NCBI GenBank assembly: GCA_041690295.1
Contig: JAWLHR010000009.1
Coordinates: 55,770-119,769 of the forward strand
From: Bdellovibrionales bacterium
Lineage (GTDB): Bacteria > Bdellovibrionota > Bdellovibrionia > Bdellovibrionales > UBA1609
Reading direction: 5' to 3'
Length of the DNA: 64,000 nucleotides
In this document: positions 57,371 through 64,000 of the stretch, one piece after another
How the letters are laid out: each line of letters opens with the position of its first letter
How positions within the stretch are numbered: position 1 is the first letter of the stretch
Notes under the pieces: generated by a model
What the model was told of the DNA's origin: nothing
Database searches by the model: none
What the model saw: only the letters and a program-made list of their open reading frames with translations
Program-made: the position numbers and the translations under genes

Positions 57371-58486
57371 GTGATGAAGAGCGACAGTTATCTTTCAGTT
57401 GAAGTTTGGATGATGGGCGGCCTCTCGATCTTGGCCTGTGTTCTCACATGGGCGTTCGTCGACAGAAACGCGCCGCTGCTGGGCGCTTCGCAACTGGCAT
57501 TTTCTTTGGCTTTCATCGCCAATCATCCGCACTTCTTGTCTTCGTACGTGCTGCTTTATGGAGATTTCCGTAAAAATATTCTGCGGCATCCGCGTTATCT
57601 TTGGGGCGGCATCGTGGCTCCCGCCTTTTTAGGCGGCGCGATCATTACCGGATTAGTCACTGAAGATCGCAGGCTCATGGCTCACATCATTACGGCCATG
57701 TTCTTTTTGGTGGGCTGGCATTATGTGAAGCAGGTTTTCGGTTGTGTGATTGTGACGTCGGCTCAGCGAAAACAATATTACAGCCTGTTTGAAAGGCGCG
57801 TTCTCCTTCTCAATCTTTTCGCCGCATGGTTCATGTCCTGGCTCACCAATCAGGTCGAGTATCCTGATCCCGCCAGAAATACGAATTTTTCGTTTTACGG
57901 GATCGACCACTACCGCTTGAATCTTCCCTATTGGAGTTTGCAACTCACGTTTGTGATCACCGGCATTACATTGGCCGCGCTGATCGCCATTCACGTGAAC
58001 CGTTATATTAAAACCGGCGCCAAGCCGTCGGCACCGGGTGTGGCGGCTTTTGTGGCTCTTTACGCCTGGTATTTGCCGGCGCTCACCCATCCCACTTTCG
58101 GTTACTTCATTCCTTTCTTCCATTCGATTCAGTATATGGCGTTCGTTTGGGTGCTGAAGCGCAATCAAGTGGCCGATCAGATCAAGAACCTCAGCGGTGA
58201 AGCCTGGCGGCGGGAATGGATCAATCGCTTGGGCGGCTTCTTTTTGTTGGCGTTTGTTCTTGGTGCGCTCACTTTTGAGATCATTCCCAAGGGCCTTGAT
58301 TCTCAAGGTTGGGTGGCCGGTCTTGGCTCAAGTCCGTTCACCGCGGCCTTTCTGCTCTTTATCAATATTCATCACTATTTCATCGACAACGTGATCTGGC
58401 GCTCGGACAATCCAGTGGTCAAACAATACCTGTTCGCCCCATCCAGCTCCCAGACGCATCCGAATCAATCGCCTTCGGCCGCTTGA
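57371..58486 (+). CDS. Polytopic membrane protein with four His-containing motifs
   Basis: About 9-10 hydrophobic segments; NHPHF, WHYVKQVFG, FHSIQY, IHHYFID..IW. Confidence 0.85.
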   Translation: MMKSDSYLSVEVWMMGGLSILACVLTWAFVDRNAPLLGASQLAFSLAFIANHPHFLSSYVLLYGDFRKNILRHPRYLWGGIVAPAFLGGAIITGLVTEDRRLMAHIITAMFFLVGWHYVKQVFGCVIVTSAQRKQYYSLFERRVLLLNLFAAWFMSWLTNQVEYPDPARNTNFSFYGIDHYRLNLPYWSLQLTFVITGITLAALIAIHVNRYIKTGAKPSAPGVAAFVALYAWYLPALTHPTFGYFIPFFHSIQYMAFVWVLKRNQVADQIKNLSGEAWRREWINRLGGFFLLAFVLGALTFEIIPKGLDSQGWVAGLGSSPFTAAFLLFINIHHYFIDNVIWRSDNPVVKQYLFAPSSSQTHPNQSPSAA

Positions 58487-58497
58487 GTCGCGAGTTC

Positions 58498-59361
58498 TCA
58501 AGGGAGAGCGCGAAGCTCATGCGATTCGTGTTTTTGGAGTTCTTGCCGCAATTTCATGGCGACGAGATCATAATAATGGCGGGAAACCGCGGCCAGAATC
58601 GGCCGGCGATCCGCGGGCTCGTTGGCGATTTTGATCAAGTTGTTCACGATCGTGTCTGTTTTGGATTCGCGTGGAGCGTTCGCGTAACCGAACACTGTCC
58701 TGTAGATTTCTGAGGTCGAGTACTTCTCGAATATGAAGGCACCCGATTGTTGCGCGTAATGAAAAAGTAAAAACGCTTTGATGCCGGCTTGAGCGTTCAT
58801 CGCGAGTGTTTCGGGGAGTTGATCAAATGGAAATCCGCTGATCCAACTGATCGCCAGGGTGGTTAGCGCCAAAAGGTCGACTCGTTGGGCGAAGTTATAG
58901 CATTTCTCGAGGAGTCCCGGACGGTGGGTGTAATGGAGATTATGTGGCTTCTTATCCGCGACCATCATCTGGCAGATGTAATTATCGTCGATCGCGTAGG
59001 CATGCCCTTCCAAGTCGCCATCCTCACGCAGAGCCATCGATTCATCGCGAATCTGAGTAAATACCCCTTGGGCGTTGCTTCGGGCGACGGCGCGACGCTC
59101 GAAATTATTGACCAGGGAGCGTCCGGTATCCACGGCGGCTTGGCGCGTGGGGATCTTTTCTTCAATCAGAATGATCACTTGCCCATTTGGAGCCCTAAAA
59201 AGCTGATATCGGAAGCCGGCCGCTTGCGCATTCCGCAGGCTGAATTGTTGCTGTGGCGTCAACTCGCTTTCGCAGTCCGTGACTTTGCCGGAAACAACGG
59301 AGGGAGCCAGCCATACCAAAATCAAGCCGTAAAGAAAGGTTTTTACCCACGTCGACAACAA
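58498..59361 (-). CDS. Hypothetical secreted/membrane protein, possibly degenerate TraB/GumN-like
   Basis: Signal peptide; AGGAG SD; N-terminal VIILIEE strand and C-terminal RPILAAVSRHY echo the TraB-family layout. Confidence 0.6.
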   Translation of the reverse strand: MLSTWVKTFLYGLILVWLAPSVVSGKVTDCESELTPQQQFSLRNAQAAGFRYQLFRAPNGQVIILIEEKIPTRQAAVDTGRSLVNNFERRAVARSNAQGVFTQIRDESMALREDGDLEGHAYAIDDNYICQMMVADKKPHNLHYTHRPGLLEKCYNFAQRVDLLALTTLAISWISGFPFDQLPETLAMNAQAGIKAFLLFHYAQQSGAFIFEKYSTSEIYRTVFGYANAPRESKTDTIVNNLIKIANEPADRRPILAAVSRHYYDLVAMKLRQELQKHESHELRALP

Positions 59362-59510
59362 ATCACGCTCCTCATTCGAACAAATTAGATTTCAGGCCTG
59401 ATTCCCAGCTGCAATTCGTCCGCCACCTCACGTGACCCATCCGCCGATATATAAACCGAAATCAGGCTTCCAATAATTTCAAGATTGTCAAATTTTTGCT
59501 CAATGGTGAC

Positions 59511-61634
59511 TCAATACGCGGCCTCAAGCGGGTCGGTAATTTCGAATTCCGCGCGCAGGAGGTCATTGTCCGTGCCGCTCGGCTGATGTCCGCCCACCCA
59601 GATTTGATAACGCCCGGCCAGAAGACGCCGAACTCCATCTTCGCCGACACTGGCCAGATCCTCGGGTCGAAGTTCGATTTGCACGATTTTTTGCTCGAAG
59701 GAACCCAGCCGATGTTTACGGAAAGCTTTCAATACCCACTTGGGTCCGTTCACCTGCGGCGTTTTTAAATAAACTTGCGTGACTTCGGAACCTTCGCGCT
59801 CGCTCTGGTTGGAAACTTCAACGGTGAGGCGCACCCCATTTTGAGGATCCCCGCCGATTCCCTCCATGCGCAATCCGGAATGGCGAAATTTGGAATAACT
59901 CAATCCGAATCCAAAGGGGTATAGAACAGGTCCCTTTAAATATCGATAGGTATGACCGTTGCGCATTTCATAGTCGCGGAAATCGGGAAGGTCTTCGGTG
60001 GAGCGGTAGAACGTTACGGGCAAGCGGCCGGAGAAATTTTCTTCGCCGAAAAGTAAATCGGCAAGAGCGTCACCGCCTTCCTGACCCGGATACCAGGAAT
60101 GAATTACGGCCGCGGCCATCTCGGGAGCGAAAGCCAGGGCGCCACCACTGAACAAAACCGCGATCGTTTTCGTGCCGGTTTCATAAGCTGCTTGCCAAAG
60201 GCGCTGTTGGTCCTTGGGAAGTTCGATTCGCACGCGGTCGTTCTTTTCACCTTCATCGGCTTCGGATAAACCCAGGCACAAGATGGCGAGATCCGCTTGG
60301 GCCGCCGCCCGCCTCGCCACATCAGGGGTGGTGGCCAGAATGAGCCGGATATTGGGATAACGCTTACGAAGCGCATCGGAAAGCGTGGTGATTTGAAGGG
60401 GAGTTCCACTGTAATTCCCCAGGAGAAGATGGCCATCGACGGCATGATGGCCGATCAATGCGATTGTTTTAATCTCAGAATGAAGGAGGGGTAAAACGCC
60501 GTCATTCTTGAGCAAAACCATTCCCTCTCGCGCCGCTCTTCGCGCCAGATGACGGTGTTCGGCGCTGTTGAGCCGGTCTGGCGAAATACTTGAATAGGGC
60601 ACTAACTCCGGCGGATCGAAGAGTCCCAATCGAAATCGTGCGGTGAAGACGGAAGTGAGCGCCCGATCGATCGCTTCCATGGTCGCGCGCCCACGCCAAT
60701 ATTGCCACCCGAGAAGCCAATTCTCGGGACCGATTGAAATATCCGATCCAGCGTTGAGCGCGAGTGAGGTGGCTTGCGGTCCGCTCTCGGCGTATCCCAT
60801 CATCCAATACATCGTGGTGAGCGCGTTTTCATCGGTGATCACGTATCCATCGAATCCCCAAGTATCGCGCAGTAATTGAGTCAGCAGCCACGGATTGGCG
60901 CAGGCGGGAACACCGTTGATGGCATTGTACGAACACATAATGGCTCCCGCGCGCCCTTTTCTAACCGCCGCTTCGAACGCTGGCAGGTATGTGTCGGCGA
61001 GATCGTAAGGCGTAACCTTCGCATCAAAATAGTATCGCTCGGAATCCGGACCGCTATGGACGGCGAAGTGTTTCGGAGTGGCAATGGTCTTGTAGTACCT
61101 AGGATGGTCACCTTGCAATCCGCGGATGTAGGCGACCGCCATTTCGCTCGTGAGAAAAGGATCTTCGCCATAGGTTTCCTGACCGCGGCCCCAGCGCGGG
61201 TCGCGGTAGATGTTTAAATTCGGCGCGAGCATTGTCAGTCCGGCGCCTAAAGATCCGCCCGGTCCGTCGGGTTTGTGAAATAGCGCGCGCGCCTCATCGG
61301 ATATCGCGTTCCCCACCTCATACATCAAATCGGTGTTCCAGGTGGCGGCGAGCGCGATCGCTTGTGGGAAAACCGTGCTTTCGACGGGCGCGACGGTGCC
61401 ATGCAGACTTTCGGTGGAATAGTTATAGGCCGGCACGCCCAGGCGGGGAATGGCGGGCGTATTATTGGTCAATTGTCGGATTTTTTCCAGAAAAGTCAGG
61501 CGAGACACCAGATCCGCCGCCCGTGTCTCCGCGCTCAACGATGGATTCAGGTAATCTTGCGGAACGGCATCGGCGTTTGAGGAGAGAAAGCCAAGCGCGA
61601 GCAGAAAAACAATCGACAACCGGTTTTCGCCCAT
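59511..61634 (-). CDS. Glycoside hydrolase family 3 (beta-glucosidase/beta-xylosidase type) with Fn3-like domain, secreted
   Basis: RDPRWGRGQETYGEDP, KHFAVHSGP, MCSYN, YVITD nucleophile, WYPGQEGG, YPFGFGLSY. Confidence 0.95.
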   Translation of the reverse strand: MGENRLSIVFLLALGFLSSNADAVPQDYLNPSLSAETRAADLVSRLTFLEKIRQLTNNTPAIPRLGVPAYNYSTESLHGTVAPVESTVFPQAIALAATWNTDLMYEVGNAISDEARALFHKPDGPGGSLGAGLTMLAPNLNIYRDPRWGRGQETYGEDPFLTSEMAVAYIRGLQGDHPRYYKTIATPKHFAVHSGPDSERYYFDAKVTPYDLADTYLPAFEAAVRKGRAGAIMCSYNAINGVPACANPWLLTQLLRDTWGFDGYVITDENALTTMYWMMGYAESGPQATSLALNAGSDISIGPENWLLGWQYWRGRATMEAIDRALTSVFTARFRLGLFDPPELVPYSSISPDRLNSAEHRHLARRAAREGMVLLKNDGVLPLLHSEIKTIALIGHHAVDGHLLLGNYSGTPLQITTLSDALRKRYPNIRLILATTPDVARRAAAQADLAILCLGLSEADEGEKNDRVRIELPKDQQRLWQAAYETGTKTIAVLFSGGALAFAPEMAAAVIHSWYPGQEGGDALADLLFGEENFSGRLPVTFYRSTEDLPDFRDYEMRNGHTYRYLKGPVLYPFGFGLSYSKFRHSGLRMEGIGGDPQNGVRLTVEVSNQSEREGSEVTQVYLKTPQVNGPKWVLKAFRKHRLGSFEQKIVQIELRPEDLASVGEDGVRRLLAGRYQIWVGGHQPSGTDNDLLRAEFEITDPLEAAY

Positions 61635-61706
61635 GGATATTCCTTCGGTTCTGCTTTTTTGGATGCGGACTTAGTAGCATAGCGCGGGAAAATAACAAGG
61701 GGGGTA

Positions 61707-62795
61707 GTGCCGGTTATGACGCCACTAAAAATGACTGGTTTTTTGACGTTGTTGTTAATGACGTTCATCGCGAACTTTTCGACCGCCTCCGCGCGCACAA
61801 TGGCCGAAGCCCTGGGATATTCGCCTGGCGATAAACTATTAATCGTCCATGCGGATGACTTGGGGTGTTCCGACTCCGCCAATGAGGCGGCTGCTGATTT
61901 ATTCAGGAGCGGCATTGTGACCTCGGGCAGTGTGATGATGAGCGGTTTCGAGGTGGATGGAATGCGGGCTTTTGCCGAGGCCCATCCGGAAGCGGATCTG
62001 GGTGTCCATTTGGCTTTGACCAGTGAGTGGAGCCAACTGCGTGGCAAAGCAATCTCTCCGGCGAGCGAAATTGCCTCCTTGGTGAGCGGTGATGGATTCT
62101 TTCGCACAAGCACCTGGCTCTTCCTTCTGGGAGCGACACCGGAGCATGTGGGCCGCGAAATTCGCGCTCAGGTGCAAGCCGCGCTTTCCATGGGGATGAA
62201 TCCCAGCCATATCGACACCCACGAGGGTTCGATTTTTTTCAGACCGAGTTGGATGCTCGAATATTTGAAGTTGGCGCGGGATTTTAAGATTCCGCCCATG
62301 GTGCCGCGTTGGAGTGAGGAGTTGAAAAGAAATTTCTTTGGAACCTTTGGCGCGCCCTTGATCGACGCCCTTGATGGCGTTGGTCTGTTTTCCGTTCGTG
62401 AGCGGTTGCAGGCCGTGGAGGATTCGGGTTTCTTGCTGCTCGATCATCTTTACATGTTTCCCTCGCGGGTTTCCTCCGCCAACGACTATGACTCCCGCAA
62501 ATCGTTTTACAAACGATTGTTGGTTGATCTGAAACCCGGCGTGACTCAAGTGATTATTCATCCGATGTACAAGGGTGGGCGATATGGAGGAATGCTGTTT
62601 TCAAATGAGGATGAAACCTGCCGGGACCATGAAGCTTATATTTTCAGGGATCCGGAAATTCTCGCGATCTTACAGGCCACGGGAGTTCGCTTGATCACCT
62701 GGCGGGAAATTCAGCAAGCGTACGATTGGTCAAAAGTTGAACTCAGTCCGGAAACGTCGTCGATCTTGCGCGACAACCCCGTGCAATCTTTTTGA
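61707..62795 (+). CDS. YdjC/ChbG-family carbohydrate deacetylase with signal peptide
   Basis: IVHADDLG, DLGVHLAL, SHIDTHEG, IIHP; start could be 61716 or 61731. Confidence 0.85.
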   Translation: MPVMTPLKMTGFLTLLLMTFIANFSTASARTMAEALGYSPGDKLLIVHADDLGCSDSANEAAADLFRSGIVTSGSVMMSGFEVDGMRAFAEAHPEADLGVHLALTSEWSQLRGKAISPASEIASLVSGDGFFRTSTWLFLLGATPEHVGREIRAQVQAALSMGMNPSHIDTHEGSIFFRPSWMLEYLKLARDFKIPPMVPRWSEELKRNFFGTFGAPLIDALDGVGLFSVRERLQAVEDSGFLLLDHLYMFPSRVSSANDYDSRKSFYKRLLVDLKPGVTQVIIHPMYKGGRYGGMLFSNEDETCRDHEAYIFRDPEILAILQATGVRLITWREIQQAYDWSKVELSPETSSILRDNPVQSF

Positions 62796-63017
62796 TTCTG
62801 GCCGGTGATTTCCCTTTTCAAGCTGATCATCGCCCGCCGGCGACCATCGATCTGGCGCACTATGCGATGATCCGCGGTGAGGGATCGTAAGATCACTTCC
62901 GAATCGGAAGTACGTACGCATCGGGGGTCGAACTCAGCTATCTCTGCTTTCTAGGGCAAAGCCCTTGAAGGTCGGGTGAAATTGACTCAACATATTGAAA
63001 TCATTGGAATATCACCG

Positions 63018-63057
63018 TATAGACAAACGAAATACACTGTGATATGGTGTATCTATA
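63018..63057 (+). promoter_or_regulatory. TA operon promoter with inverted-repeat operator
   Basis: TAGACA-N17-TATGGT with extended -10 TG; ATACAC-N9-GTGTAT and flanking TATAGA/TCTATA inverted repeats. Confidence 0.6.
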
Positions 63058-63088
63058 GCCGGTAAAGATCGGCGAAAGAGGTTTAGCC

Positions 63089-63394
63089 ATGTCTGTCGCA
63101 AGAAAAAGAAGGCCACAAGCATCCTTGAAGAAGGAAAGCGTTGTAATGATCCGCACGGCTCCACAAGACAAAGTTCTCATTGAGAAAGCTGCCGATCATT
63201 TGGGGCTTACGATCAGTTCCTTCATGCTGCAAAACTCCCTTCGCGCTGCTCGTAAAGAGCTGTCAGAAGTGGAACGCACCAGCCTGACCCAACGTGATGC
63301 CGAGGTGTTTTTCTCTGCATTGACTAATCCACCGGCTCCAAACGAAGCTCTCAAGAAGGCTTTCAAGGATTACGAAAAGCAGTCCAGAAAGTAA
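63089..63394 (+). CDS. DUF1778 ribbon-helix-helix antitoxin (TacA/AtaR-like)
   Basis: IR...K.LIEKAA...GLTISSFM; FFSALTNPPAPNEALKKA motif; upstream of GNAT gene. Confidence 0.9.
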   Translation: MSVARKRRPQASLKKESVVMIRTAPQDKVLIEKAADHLGLTISSFMLQNSLRAARKELSEVERTSLTQRDAEVFFSALTNPPAPNEALKKAFKDYEKQSRK

Positions 63395-63402
63395 CGAAAT
63401 CT

Positions 63403-63927
63403 GTGAGCAGCTTTGAATTTCACACCCTAGATAAATCGTTTGATCGCACGCAGTTTGATTGTGGTTCGTCTGAGTTAAATAACTTTCTGAAGGCAAGGGC
63501 CCGCCAAAACCAAACCGCAAACTTCAATAAGACCTTCGTAGCCATTCAATCAGGCGACAAAAGCAAGCGTGTGCTCGGCTTCTACAGCCTCAGTATGGGA
63601 GAAATACACTTGTCCTCACTCTCAGAAGAAAAGCAGAAAAAACTCCCTAAACATCCTGTGCCGGTCGCCCGAATGGGCCGACTGGCAGTCGATAGTTCGG
63701 CTAAAGGTCAAGGCTTGGGAAAGTTCCTCTTAGTTGATGCAATGAAGCGAGTTCAAGCCGCCTCAGCATCAGTGGGAGTTTACGCGATTCTGGTCGATGC
63801 AAAGGATGATTCGGCAAAATCCTTCTATAAGAAGTATGGGTTCATCGAATTGGTCGATGAACCCATGACCTTGTTTTTGCCTTTGGCTTCATTCCCGAAA
63901 TTGGAGTGCGGGCGCCGGACTGGATAG
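63403..63927 (+). CDS. GNAT acetyltransferase toxin (TacT/AtaT-like)
   Basis: FDCGSSELNNFL, GRLAVD...GQGLG acetyl-CoA motif, VDAKD, FYKKYGF. Confidence 0.9.
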   Translation: MSSFEFHTLDKSFDRTQFDCGSSELNNFLKARARQNQTANFNKTFVAIQSGDKSKRVLGFYSLSMGEIHLSSLSEEKQKKLPKHPVPVARMGRLAVDSSAKGQGLGKFLLVDAMKRVQAASASVGVYAILVDAKDDSAKSFYKKYGFIELVDEPMTLFLPLASFPKLECGRRTG

Positions 63928-63943
63928 TTTAGACGTCTCAGTT

Positions 63944-63971
63944 TGAAACAATTCGGCGGGATTTCCGATAA
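63944..63971 (+). promoter_or_regulatory. Candidate sigma28 promoter for a gene starting at 63992 (beyond window)
   Basis: TGAA-N16-TCCGATAA, then AGGAG SD and ATG at 63992. Confidence 0.45.
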
Positions 63972-64000
63972 GAGAAATAGGAGATTCTGTCATGACAAGA

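Noticed and set aside
59424..59450. GCCGATAT sigma28-like -10 on the plus strand
   Set aside because: No -35 at the expected spacing and no plus-strand gene downstream.
63901..63925. TGGAGTGCGGGCGCCGGACT resembling a reverse tRNA 3' end (att-site scar)
   Set aside because: No T-loop complement (TCGAACC) follows and there is no matching copy in the window.

Overview
Chromosomal window from a Bdellovibrionota (Bdellovibrio-like predatory) bacterium, judged from the 16S rRNA sequence and the gene content. Bases 1-41,900 are mostly core genes. They begin with the 3' end of kdsD, a PDZ-less S41 protease and an Agl-Glt gliding-motility cluster (two OM beta-barrels, GltC-, GltD(+E)-, GltF- and GltG-like proteins, AglR/Q/S motor). 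Next come a GYF_2-GYF_2-PilZ gene, lptC(-A)-lptB-rpoN, metK-lepA and three tandem signal peptidase I genes. These are followed by pyrB-carA-orf-carB running directly into pilH-pilI-pilD, then pilMNOPQ, rarA, an HtrA protease and a stand-alone tRNA-Ala. Bases 42,160-47,780 hold a complete rRNA operon (16S-tRNA-Ile-23S-5S). Bases 47,900-64,000 are more accessory: a GlpT-like MFS transporter, a FAD/Rieske oxidoreductase, a GT2, an SRPBCC protein, phnDCE, trmB, a Ddl-like ATP-grasp enzyme, a His-motif membrane protein, a TraB-like protein, GH3 and YdjC-family enzymes, and a DUF1778/GNAT toxin-antitoxin pair. I saw no CRISPR array, integrase, transposase or prophage, and I cannot demonstrate a wholly new system. 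The best leads are (i) the GYF-GYF-PilZ protein abutting the gliding motor, (ii) recurrent sigma28-like promoters, several apparently leaderless, that co-occur with a GTNTCA-N3-TGANAC-like palindrome, (iii) several domain fusions or deletions, and (iv) an uncharacterised four-His-motif membrane enzyme. All family assignments come from motif recognition by eye; no database searches were run.
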